Shown here: piece after piece, positions 10,401 to 21,520 of the stretch
How the letters are laid out: each line of letters opens with the position of its first letter
Numbering within the stretch: position 1 is the stretch's first letter
DNA from: Octopus bimaculoides
Lineage: Eukaryota
DNA: 34,567 bases
Direction of reading: 5' to 3'
NCBI RefSeq assembly: GCF_001194135.2
Contig: NC_068988.1
Location: 2,841,717 to 2,876,283, forward strand
Program-made: the position numbers and the translations under genes
Notes under the pieces: generated by a model
Database searches by the model: none
What the model saw: the letters and a program-made list of their open reading frames with translations, nothing else
Told to the model about the DNA's origin: nothing

Positions 10401-10850
10401 TACTCTTTACTTGTTTCAGTCATTTGACTGCGGCCATGCTNNNNNNNNNNCATATACTCTTTACTTGTTTCAGTCATTTGACTGCGGCCATGCTGGAGCA
10501 CCACCTTTAGTCGAGAAAATCGACCCCAGGACTTATTCATTGTAAGCCTCGTACTTATTCTATTCGTCTCTTTTTGCCAAACCGCTAAGTTACGGGAACG
10601 TAAACATACCAGCATCGGTTGTCAAGCGATGGTGTGGGGGACAAACACAGACACACAAACACGCACACACATATATATATACATATATACGATGGGCTTC
10701 TTTCAGTTTCTATCTACCAAATCCACTCACAAGCTTTGGTCGGCCCGAGGCTATAGTAGAAGACACTTGCCCATGGTGCCATGCAGTGGGACTGAACCCG
10801 GAATCATGTGCTTGGTAAGCAAGCTACTTACCACACAGCCACTCCTGCGC
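10391..10850 (-). mobile_element. Near full-length tRNA-derived CORE-like SINE
   Basis: Minus strand: A-box TGGCTGTGTGG, B-box GGTTCAGTCC, CACCATGGGCAAGTGTCTT (CORE-like), internal TA/TG tract, tail ...ccagcatggccgcagtcaaatgactgaaacaagtaaa. Tail is duplicated across a 10-N gap. Confidence 0.88.
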
Positions 10851-11432
10851 TTATATATATATATAGTACATGTGTGTGTGTGTGTATCTTTGACTGATGT
10901 ATATTAGTAAAAGTTGAAACCATTGAGAAGAATCCTCTCCCCCTATCATGTTCTTTCGATAGAGTCTCCTGTTGAGACATTTTCTGCCCCCCCTCAAGTT
11001 ACACAGACACCGTTTTATCTGTCTCACCATCAGAAATGTAAGAAATGAGTGATTGATCTATCAAATACCTGTGACTAATGATATTACTGTTCACTAAGTG
11101 TGATCTAGAATAATATTAATTCTCCCATAGAAATACAAGAACAGACTATTGCAATACTTTGTTGTGGAATAACAGGTAATAGATGTGATTTGTTTCGGAA
11201 ATCAATCCCATATAATCAGTTAATTAGAATAAATATATAGTCTAATAAGTAATGGTATTTCACAGAAGTATGGAGCCTCAAATTTATACTAATTAGTGTG
11301 AGTAATTATAGAGATAAAGAAGTATAAAAATTATGGTTGATAAATTAAAAGTGATGTATTTCAACTTCTGTTACTACCATTCAAGAGGAACCTGAATACT
11401 GAGTTACTTACCATTATATCAAGTCCTGTGTA

Positions 11433-11592
11433 AGGGGGCGAGCTGTCCGAATTGTTAGCATGCTGGACAAAATGCTCGGTTGACTTTGTCTTTCATCCTT
11501 TCAGGGTCGATAAATTAAGTGCCAGTGAAACCCTGGGGTCGATGTCATTGACCTGTCCCCTGCCCACAAATTTCAGGCCTTGCGCCTACAGT
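11433..11592 (+). mobile_element. Second tRNA-derived SINE family, internally deleted
   Basis: ggcgagctgtccgaattgttagcatgc...ctttcatcctttcagggtcgataaattaagtgcc...ggggtcgatg; homologous to 12037-12245 and 15520-15680. Central motif resembles Deu/Nin-type SINE domains (recalled, unverified). Confidence 0.8.
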
Positions 11593-11689
11593 AACACATC
11601 TTCATTTCACAGTGAATAATTCCTAAAACACACAGCACTTATTTATGTTGATGAATATCTTAGTGGCTCTCCTTTGTTCAATTTCTTAC

Positions 11690-11752
11690 CCTTCCAGTGT
11701 TTTCATTTGATCTGCATGTCTTAGAATGTCTGCAAAGTCCACACATGCAGCT
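11690..11752 (-). CDS. Candidate internal exon (63 nt), product unknown
   Basis: Strong donor AGG|GTAAGA; long T-rich tract upstream, first AG is a weak aAG. Frame AACVDFADILRHADQMKTLE(G), phase 2-2, joins in frame to 371-478. Confidence 0.4.
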
Positions 11753-12036
11753 CTTTCGAGCAGACAAAGCCATAAAAAAATTTTTTTAAAAACCCAGCAA
11801 AAAAGCAAAAAATGTTAAAAAGAAAAAAAAGAAGAACAAAACATGCTACAGATCTCAATCATATGAATATCTCTACCAAATAAATACATAATCCATGGTG
11901 GTGCTCCAGCATGATCACAGCCACATGGCTGAAACGATTAAAAGAGTAAAAGAATAATCATTAGCTTAGAAATCAAATATTTGTGCATTTTTTTTATTCA
12001 ATCAATCAATTATTAATCTATCTACATTATAATGTT

Positions 12037-12245
12037 GTGAGCTGGCAGAATCGTTATGGTGCCGGGCAAAATTCTAAGTAGCATTTGGTCTCTCTTTACA
12101 TCCTGAGTTCAAATTCTGCTAAGGTTGGTTTTGCCTTTCACCATATCAGAGTCGATAAAATAAATATTGGTTGAGTACTGAGGTCAATGTAATCTACTTA
12201 CCTCACCTACCCCTTAATTCCTTGCCTTGTGCCAAAACTTGAAGC
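12037..12245 (+). mobile_element. tRNA-derived SINE (same family as 11433)
   Basis: gagctggcagaatcgtt...gagttcaaattc (B-box)...gcctttcacc..gtcgataaaataa...gtactgaggtcaatg. Confidence 0.82.
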
Positions 12246-13470
12246 CAATATGTCTACGTCATTCATGTGTGACAATTAGCATCAATTGCTTCTCATTTTT
12301 GAAAATCTTAGAGAAACAATAAGATTTATAATGATGACCATTCTTTGCAATATAACTTCAAGTGAGAGAAGCTGCACCAGGAGTAAAATAGCTGTGACTA
12401 AGAATTGAAACTGAAATGCTGTTTGAACTTGCAAAGAATTTATCTTCTGTTATAAGATGCTTACTTTCTTAATCAGTTGTACCATTCACCATTAAACTGT
12501 ATTCAACATGCAGACCGATTAACAGCGTTTCATTGAAATTACCACATTCCAAAGTTGTGGAAATATTTCTTAGGAAATTGTGCCATTTTGGTTTAGAATT
12601 AAAAACTAGTAAAGAGATGTTTTAGCGCACTTAGCTAGGTAGAGTATTACTTGAAAGAAATATTGAATGGCATACTTTAAAACTGTTGAACATTTTGGTA
12701 AACTGCTCTAGGAAAGATTTAATATCATAACTAATTTTTTTTTTCTTTTCCTATAAATAAAAAGAGAAAATGAAAAACATTTTCAGTGCAGATTTTCAGC
12801 AAATGTGTTGTGGAAGTGGGGGGATGAATTTGTTATGGGTTAGGGTTAGATTTTCTGCAAGTCTGCATTAAGTAACAACTTTGGTCAAAAGGAAGCAACT
12901 AAGTACTCTAGCAGAAAGTGGTCTTTTATTATAAACTGCCAACATTTTCTGGTTGGAAAACAGTAAGGTAGAGTGTATGAGTTCAGCAATGGAAAAATGC
13001 TTTTATAACTTATATAACCTGAAGCTGGAAAAATAAATAAAATGTAAAAGATGCTTGACAAAATGAATATATAAATACAGATTTCAGTTGAGCAGAAATA
13101 AATCAGAATGGTAAAATAAAAAAGAAGAGGAAAAGGAAGAAGAGCACGTAAAAGTCTTGAATCAAGAAAATACAGTGAAATAGTAAGTTGTGAAAGAAAA
13201 TGAATATTTTATGAGATAAATTGCAAGAATTTGATGGATGATGTTTGTCTCAAACATGTTTTGTGAAACCATTCAAATGCTAGCCTGACTCACATTTGTG
13301 TGTTTCTAGTTTTATATTCTGTGTCTTACCCTCAGTAAAAGGTTATTCTATAATTATTGAAGAGATCTCACAGGTTAAGGTGGCTTTTGTTCTAGTTTCT
13401 TTGCTTCTCGTCCTCTCTTCTCTCGTTTCTTACACTTTTTTTTATTTTCTTCATTTCTATACTTCCTAAG

Positions 13471-13677
13471 AGACAGTAGTAATTTCCATCTTTTTGAGGA
13501 AGACAACAGCACTTGTAGCAAGTTTCAGACCTCAAACTCACAAAATGTAACTCTGCAGCATCAATCATATGTCAGAGGTTATTTACCAAAGGAAAATCAG
13601 TTGGCATTTAATGCTGGTCAGTTAGATACAAAACAGTTTTTGGCAAAGAATAACAGAGTCTTTAACGAGAAAATACA
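13471..13677 (+). CDS. Candidate internal exon (207 nt), product unknown
   Basis: ~95-nt pyrimidine tract then ttcctaAG; donor ACA|GTGAGG; 69 stop-free codons, with an in-frame TGA just past the donor: (R)DSSNFHLFEEDNSTCSKFQTSNSQNVTLQHQSYVRGYLPKENQLAFNAGQLDTKQFLAKNNRVFNEKI(Q). Confidence 0.6.
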
Positions 13678-14123
13678 GTGAGGCAAATGTATTGTGAAAC
13701 ATAAAGATGCCTCTATGCAAAGCACATTATTCTACATGTCATAATGTTTCTGGCTTGGGAAATATAACGAATGATAGGTGAGATGTTGACATACACCAGA
13801 AAAGATGACTGAGAATGCTTGCCTCAGTAACGATTGTAAGAAACTAGATTTATTCTACTTTTAATTTCATTCTGGAAAGAAGAAATAGATTTATTATAAA
13901 TCATAAAAATACTATCATGTACAGCAAGTTAAGCAGTAATTCACAGCTTTCCTAGATGGAACATAACACTATAAAAACTTTGTAGTTAAATCGTTGTCAT
14001 TAGAAGAGATATTCACTTGGAGGGGAAAAAAATCAACTGAAGCTGTCACAGCTGAACCTGCAAAAAACAGGATTCACTAAACTTGTTTTCTGTTAAAGAG
14101 AATTAGATTAAATTGGATATAGT

Positions 14124-14124
14124 A

Positions 14125-14158
<34 letters not shown>

Positions 14159-14192
14159 TAATATAGAAAGAAAGACAGATATACAGATAGAT

Positions 14193-14251
<59 letters not shown>

Positions 14252-14687
14252 TATATGTATATATACAGAGAGACAGACAGACAGACAGATAGCCAGACAG
14301 ATATATAGATAGGTAAAGTGTTACAAATAGATGTGTTTGTGTCATTGCAATGTTTAAAGATTGTCTGACACCTATCATCAAAATGTCAAGATTAGAATGA
14401 TGGATGTAGAATGTGTGTGTATGTATGTGTGTGTCTGTATGTGCATGTGTATGTGTGTGTGTGCTTCATTTTTTAAAATTTCTTCTAATCTTGTCTCTGT
14501 CACACCTACCCCCTCACACACGTGCGCACACACACGCGTGCACACACACGCACACACAGTGTCTCATGTAATAACAATGGAGAAGCATTATCAATAACTG
14601 CATTCTATTGGTAATGTCAGCAGAAATGAAAAGTATATTGTTTGTCTCTAGTTTTATTTGCTTGATGTAAATATATACATGTGTGCA

Positions 14688-14721
<34 letters not shown>

Positions 14722-14820
14722 TATGCTTGTATGTATGAATATATGTGTGTGTGTGTGTGTGTGTGTGTTATGCTTATATTTATGAATATATATATGTAGG
14801 GGGGGGTGTATATGTATGTA
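14124..14820. repeat. (TA)n, (GATA/GACA)n, (TG)n and (CA)n microsatellite cluster
   Basis: Direct reading. Confidence 0.9.
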
Positions 14821-15015
14821 TTCATCTCCATTTCCCCCTCTTATCTTTATCCACCATGGATTTATATGTAAACTAAATAAGCAACATCCAAATCAGATCA
14901 ACAACCTTCACACATGAAACGAGCAGAATATATTATTTGCCCAGCTTTAAATTCAAAAGATATAAACCAAAATGTTTATATTTTCTGCTTGTAACAGTTT
15001 TCCCTTTACTTCCAG

Positions 15016-15103
15016 GTTGATGTCATTCAGTGTGTGTGTATTGATAAATTATTATTGTTACAAAGCAACAAAATATGGAATTGGTTTTCTCACCCTCACA
15101 GAA
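15016..15103 (+). CDS. Candidate exon (88 nt), hydrophobic
   Basis: Acceptor ccctttacttccAG|G; donor GAA|GTAAAA; frame LMSFSVCVLINYYCYKATKYGIGFLTLTE, phase 2 start compatible with 13471-13677. Could instead be a decayed element. Confidence 0.3.
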
Positions 15104-15519
15104 GTAAAATAAATGGATCTATCAAAATATGATGATTGGCAGGACATTTCTATCAAAACTGGTGATAGATTTGACGAAGCTGTTCCACCGATAATTCTTT
15201 TGCTTAAAATTTATGAATCAACTCATCAAATGAAATATCTTTAATAATTGTCCCAGGGCAGTTCATTTTGTTCCTAGCACTGAATATTGTTTTATCAACA
15301 AAATAATGACATTTTGAAGCAGCTGTCATTGATCACAGATTTAAAAGCTTCATAGTTTCATTTCTTCAAAAGGTATTTTGGAAATATCTCTTGTTCTTGG
15401 ATTGCAAAAAGTATATCTTTGAAAATGGTATGTAATGTAAGACGAAGAATAGTCTTATTCTTATTAATATTGATATCATTTGATAAGATTTGGTCTAAAA
15501 ATATAAAGAGTTTGTTATA

Positions 15520-15680
15520 TGACTTCAAGTTCTGTGTTCAAATCTAGCTGATATCAGCCTTGCTTTTCATCTTTTCAAGGTTGATAAAATAAAGTACCAC
15601 TAAAGTACTGAGGTCAATGGTATCAAGTAACTTCATCCATTCAAAATTGTTCACTATCTGCTGAAATTAGAAGCAATATT
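15520..15680 (+). mobile_element. Old copy of the 11433/12037 SINE family
   Basis: gttcaaatctagc...ccttgcttttcatcttttcaaggttgataaaataaagtacc...gtactgaggtcaatg. Confidence 0.72.
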
Positions 15681-15847
15681 GACAGCATTCTCAATCATCT
15701 TCAAAGTATAACATTTGTATTTGATATACAGACTCGTCTTCTGAGTTATTTCTCAGCTGCTTTGGGGCTATCAATAGTTATCCCCACTATCCTCTCTATT
15801 TTCATGTATACTTGTTCCTCTTGTCTTACTGAGTAGAATATGCTTCA

Positions 15848-15880
15848 CTGATGAGGTCTAATAACACTGAAACATATCTC
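15848..15880 (+). ncRNA. Degenerate hammerhead-like core
   Basis: CTGATGA-GGT-CTAATAAC-ACT-GAAAC-ATAT-CTC; one change (CTC to GTC) gives palindromic ACATATGT stem III; stem I is not supported. Confidence 0.3.
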
Positions 15881-16157
15881 TTGCTTTCATTGGTTGACTC
15901 TAAAAACAAAATTCATTGCAATCTGCATTGTATGTATTTTCCCAGAAGTTCTGATCAACCGAAGTTGTTACAGCTATCTGTCTCTGTTGTTGCTTTTTTT
16001 TTTTGTTAATTTAAATACTCCTAATGAGAGATTTTGTCTATTAAATCCTTGGATGATTTAAGTTGATCAAAAATTTCCAATTCACAAAATTGCTTGGGAA
16101 TAGGTGGGAGTTGGCAACAAGAATGACATTCAGCAATAGAAAAAAAATTGCCTAAAT

Positions 16158-16242
<85 letters not shown>

Positions 16243-16397
16243 AATATATGTGTGTGCTTGAATGCATAATAGGCTTCTTTCAGTTTCCATCAACCAAATT
16301 GACTCACTAGACCTTGGTCAGCCATGGGTGACAGGGAGACTGAACCTGAAGCTATGTGGTTGAGATGCAAATTTCTTAACCATACTGCCATGCCTGA
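16158..16397 (-). mobile_element. (GAT)n tract plus internally deleted CORE-like SINE
   Basis: GAT repeat 16158-16242; reverse complement of 16270-16397 has the tRNA-like head and ggaaactgaaagaagcc end. Confidence 0.75.
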
Positions 16398-16559
16398 TAT
16401 AATTTTCAGCTTTCTTAATTTGTAAACAACTAGAAAGCTACACACATGTTAAACTTGTCTGGAATGCATGCCATTCAGTTTTTGTTTTATTTCAAATGTT
16501 TTTTCCTTTCGTTTCTATTTTATGCTTAATCCTTCATTCAATCCTAAATTTTTAACTAA

Positions 16560-16930
16560 ATAACATCAAAATCTTGTGTGAACCAAAGACTAACGACTAT
16601 AAATCTTTGGATAAAAGATCCAAAATTCTTCAAAAGATAAATTAAACAACTTCAACAGATACATTTATGACAAGCCTTTAATCTTAGGATCGGTCTCTAC
16701 TGCTATATTAAATTTCTACATGAATTAGATCAAATGGAAAGTTAAATAAAATGTACTTAACATGTAAAATCATGATAATTTACATTAAACATCCTTACAT
16801 TTTAACTGTTGAAAAATAACTGCCTTTGAATCGATGTTAATAAACTTAGCCATGATTTTATAAACACTCATCACTCTTTTCACAAACTTCTTCCCTTTAT
16901 CATAAACATACTCAGCCATCTAACATAGAT
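16560..16930 (+). mobile_element. Possible highly decayed PLE RT fragment
   Basis: IYDKPLILGSVSTAILNFYM resembles G..MGS..S..LA.FYM; later KLLPFIINI resembles LPFLD.I; many stops. Confidence 0.3.
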
Positions 16931-17867
16931 ATTGCTTTTCTTTGCTATTTATATTTTTCATTTCGAATGTTAAGCCGAATTCAGAGTAGATATCTTTATT
17001 CTGTTCCAGGGTGCAATACTTAACCTTCTCTGTTTATATATTGTTTTCCTCTTGTATAAAATATGAATTTATAATTATTAAAAATAACTTCCACAATAAA
17101 TACTATTACTTTGACATCTTTGCTACCCAATGAGAACTGAGATAGAAATTCTAATTTCTTTATTTTTCCCATGAATTTTGTATAAAATCATTTTCTTTTT
17201 TTGGTCAAATTTTAGAGATACAGAGATTTCTCAAGAATCTTAGATAAAACTTACAATTTCTACTCCATTCTTATATTTTCTGTTCTTTCATAATATTTTT
17301 CTTTTTTCTTTGTTGAATAACATTAAGATTTTTGCAAAACTAAATATATTTTGATATATAAGCATTTACACGATATAGACTTCATTGAGAAGAAAACAAG
17401 CGAACAGAGATTTTCTTAAACAAAGAATACCAAACACAAGATTTATCTGAAACAACAAAATCCTGAACGCAATCTTTGACAAAACATAGACTTCTAAATA
17501 TAAACAGAGATTTCATTTAAGCGTGAAGTTCTTAAAAAGAGATTTTCTTCTAAATATAGACTTCTTTCAAATATAAAATTCTTCAAAAATCCAATTTCTA
17601 AATATAGATTAAAACATATCTGGAATTCTATTGATCAAAACAGATTTTTACCCATATATATTTCAAACATTAGACTTCAAGAAATCACAGATTTTTGCTA
17701 ACTATAGATAAAACTATTGAGTACATTCATTTTGACTGAAATACTTGTTTTTATTTGAACACAGGAGAATGTTTCTGGCTATGGCAAGAAAATCATAAAC
17801 ATGAATAGAAATTTAATCTCAACTATATCAATAAATACATCAGAAGTATATAGCCATCTCGATAACC

Positions 17868-17974
17868 ATTTCTTACACATATATAGATATGTATGTACAT
17901 ACTTACATGCATATATGTATACACACACACACACAACTACACATGTACACATGTATGTATATGTGCGTGTGTGC

Positions 17975-18011
<37 letters not shown>

Positions 18012-18400
18012 TGCAAATAAATATGTGTGAGCATATGTATATGCGTGTGTATGTGTGTGTGCATGCGTGTGTGTATATCTGAATTATATGTGTGTGTCTG
18101 TGAGTTTTGTATATGTGCATGTGTGCATACATGTGTGTGCATACAGGGCTACGAGGTAAGAAGTTTGCTTCATAACCACATGGTTCTGGGTTCAGTCCTA
18201 CTGCGTGGCACCTCGGGTAAGTGTCTTCTACCGTAGCACCAGGCCGACCAAAGCCTTGTGATTTGGATGACAGAAACTAAATGAAGCCCATCATATGTGT
18301 GTGTGCATTTGTGTTTGTTCTCTACCACTGCTTAACAACTTGGTGGTGTGTTTACATCCTTATAACTTGATGGTTTGGTAAATATATTGATATTCGTTGG
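17868..18400 (+). mobile_element. TA/TG/CA microsatellite followed by CORE-like SINE (18143-18400)
   Basis: ggtaagaagtttgcttc..aaccacatggttctgggttcagtcc...gcacctcgggtaagtgtcttcta. Confidence 0.8.
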
Positions 18401-18424
18401 TAGATAAACATTTGTAGTTACTAA

Positions 18425-19510
18425 AATCATCAACATCATCATCATCATCATCGTCATCGTTTAACATCTGCTTTCCATGCTAGCATGGGTTGGACGATTT
18501 GACTGAGGACTGGCAAACCAGATGGCTGCACTAGGCTCCAATCTGATCTGGCAGAGTTTCTACAGCTGGATGCCCTTCCTAATGCCAACCACTCCGAGAG
18601 TGTAGTCGGTGCTTTTATGTGCCACTGGCATGAAGGCCAGTCAGGCGGTACTGACAATGGCCATGCTCAAATGTTGTTTTTTACATGTCACCGGCATGGA
18701 ATCCAGTCAGCTGCTCTGGCAATGATCACACTCGGATGGTACTCTTAGCGCTCCACTCGCATGGATGCCAGTCATCGAATTTGATTTCAATTTCGATTTC
18801 ACTTGCCTCGACAAGTCTTCACAAGCAGAGTTTAGTGTCCAATGAAGGAAAGGTATACATAAGTGAGCTAGTTACACTCCTGGCATAGGCCACGGGTTAT
18901 GGTCTCACTTGGCTTGCTGGGTCTTCTCAAGCACAGCATATTTCCAAAGGTCTTGGTCACTAGTCATTGCATCGGTGAGGCCTTATGTTCAAAGGTCGTG
19001 CTTCACCACCTCATCCCAGGTCTTCCTGGGTCTACCTCTTCCACAGGTACCCATAACTGACACTTTTTCGCACAGCTATCCTCATCCATTCTCATTACAT
19101 GACCATATCAGCGCAATCGTCTCTCTTGGACATCACATCTGATGCTTCTTAGGTCCAACTTTTCTCTCAAGGCACTAACACTCTATTGAGTATGCACACT
19201 GACATTACACATCCATCGGAGCATACTGGCTTCATTCCTTGTGNNNNNNNNNNCACTGACATTACACATCCATCGGAGCATACTGGCTTCATTCCTTGTG
19301 AGCCTACGCATGTCCTTAGCAGTCACGGCCCATGTTTCACTGCCATGTAGCATGGCTGTTCATAGACATGCATCACACAGTCTACCTTTTACTCTGAGTG
19401 AGAGGCTCTTTGGCGCTAGCAGAGGTAAGAGCTCTCTGAACTTTGCCCAGGCTATTCTTATTCTAGCAGCTACATTTTCAGTGCACCCACTCCAGCAACT
19501 GACTTGATCA
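18425..19510 (-). mobile_element. 5'-truncated RTE-clade LINE: ORF2 C-terminus + 3' UTR + (GAT)n tail
   Basis: Minus translation with stops/shifts: RIAWAKFRELLPLL..LSLRVKGRL..MLHGSETWAVT..RNEASMLRWMCNV..YGHVMRM..GRGRPRKTWDEVVKHDL..LWKYAVLEKTQQAK, typical of RTE. Confidence 0.92.
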
Positions 19511-20124
19511 TGTATAAATAAAATAAACTATTGTCTATCTACATACATAGATGCATATATACTTATACAATGTGTATAAGTATATATGTATGTATATGAA
19601 TACCTAATTAGACAAAGACAAAGTTTTGCCTTGGTTATTTGCTCATGCATTAATGACAAGATATATCCCTGTATAATTATAAATATAAGCACTGAGATAA
19701 CCATACTTATAGATACTTATAGATATAAATATACATGAAATCGATGATATAATCATTAATATCTATATATGTATAGATTTAGTATATAATCTTGTATATA
19801 ATCAAATACTAAAAACTGTTCCATTATTGGTATGTCTTTGATTCCTCTATTTTATGTAATAGAGTGTTTAATGATGCATTCCTTCCCATTGGTAGCTTTA
19901 ACGAGATCTGTCCAATGTATGTCCCACTGCTAAATAATGCCAGCATAAAAAGAAAATCCACTTTCACTTTCACTTATGATAAAATCATATAAAAGGATGA
20001 TGCAGATATTGAAGATAGTGATAATTATTTTATCGAAATACCATCACCATTTCGTGATATGATTGATCTTTGTCTCAAGGGGAATAATAATTTCTTACAT
20101 GGAGAAAAATACCACTGATCTGTA

Positions 20125-21007
20125 GTGGATGGTGTATGGTCATGTGATGGTGTGTAGCTATGGGTATTACCTCTGTTATGTGCCTGCTTCATATCTCAGA
20201 TCACTGAGTTGAAGGAAGATGTCTGTTCCACCTGGAATAAAATATACCAATGTTGACCTCTGGACTTTGAGCCTGACTGAAGAGATCTCTAAAGACCTGA
20301 ATTTCTGGGGATGTGAGGAGGCTCTTGAAAAGACATATCCTCCTCTGGAAGTCCTCTTTCAAGCTACCCACCTTATTACAATGACTCTCTTCCCACCTCT
20401 CATGCTTTCCCCCTTTCCCCCTTTCCTCCTACAGACCACCCAACCATGTCATTCCCCTCTCTTGTCTTTCTCTTCTCACAACTGTATCATCTTTCTGCTC
20501 CTGCTGCTCACCCCTACTGTCTCTTCTGCATCACTCTATCTTCCTCAGCTCATTATGTTTGCTTACCCACCCTTCAATGCTGGCAGTCTGCCCCTTATCT
20601 TTCATTCTCCTTCTCATACAATCCTGCAAACTGATTCTTCAAGTTTTCTTATGCCTTGTGAGGCCACCTGGGTACCTCATCACTGTTATCGATCTCTGGT
20701 CATGCAGGTTCCTCTACAAGTACCTGTTCTTCCCCCATCCCTTCTCATATCAATCCCCTTGTCCCCTAGTATGAAGCTAACCCCACCTCCCTCAGGATTT
20801 GTAGTCTGGTGAACTGCATGGTGACCCCAAAACTGCAGGTGATACAAAAACTGCATGCTGCAAAGCGGTCGACATTAGGAAGGGAATCCAGCCGTAGAAA
20901 CCATGGCAAAACAGACGCAGTCTGTTGCAGTATGATGCAGTCCTTGAATACATTGGATCCAGTCAAACCATCAAACCCATGCCAGCATGAAACATAGACA
21001 TAAAAAA

Positions 21008-21057
<50 letters not shown>

Positions 21058-21110
21058 GGTGGTGGTGGTGGTGATGATAATGATGATGATGATGATAATG
21101 ATGATGGGGT
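20125..21110 (+). mobile_element. 5'-truncated RTE LINE with long pyrimidine-rich 3' UTR and (GAT)n/(GGT)n tail
   Basis: YGHVM near 20135 and DLWTLSLTEEISKDLNFWGCEEALEKT (compare DLxTxGLTDAMTSDQDLWKYAVLEKT in the 18.9-kb copy); then 3' UTR, shared terminal segment 20870-21005 and tail. Confidence 0.78.
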
Positions 21111-21195
21111 ATATTGAGTGGATGACAACCAAATATTTGAAGTTGTTTATTTCAGTTTGCTAACATTTCTGACACTCCACCAATTTATATTTTGG

Positions 21196-21520
21196 AGACC
21201 GAGACCTTTGGAAATGTGCTGTGTGTGAGAAGACCCGGCAAGCCAAGTAAGATCGTTGCCAGTGCCCCTGGACTGGCTTGTGCGGGTGGCACATAAAAGA
21301 CACCATTTCGAGCGTGGCCGTTTTCGTGCGGGTGACACGTAAAAGCACCCACTACACTCTCCGAGTGGTTGGTGTTAGGAAGGGCATCCAGCTGTAGAAA
21401 CTCTGCCAAATCAGACTGGAGCCTGATGTTGCCATCCGGTTTCACCAGTCCTCAGTCAAATCGTCCAACCCATGCTAGCATGGAAAGCAGACGTTAAACG
21501 ATGATGATGATGATGATGAT
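21196..21520 (+). mobile_element. Young 5'-truncated RTE LINE (short 3' UTR)
   Basis: Starts with DRDLWKCAVCEKTRQAK*, then 3' UTR, shared terminal segment and (GAT)n. Confidence 0.9.

Noticed and set aside
10397-10494. 44-bp exact direct repeat across a 10-N gap
   Set aside because: Typical assembly overlap artefact, not a TSD or tandem repeat.
10790-10850. tRNA-like heads here and at 26645, 31703 and 33467 as tRNA genes
   Set aside because: A/B boxes only, no cloverleaf, fused to SINE bodies.
19197-19300. 47-bp exact direct repeat across a 10-N gap inside the RTE
   Set aside because: Same artefact; removing one copy restores the RTE reading.
19815-20110. Protein-like frame ...IEIPSPFRDMIDLCLKG and antisense GTYIGQISLKLPMG...
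   Set aside because: Internal stop, poor splice sites, no recognisable motif.
20273-20302. CTGAAGA-GATCT-CTAA-AGACC-TGAAT hammerhead-like string
   Set aside because: It is the coding sequence LTEEISKDLN of the RTE ORF2 C-terminus; no GAAA, stem III or cleavage triplet.
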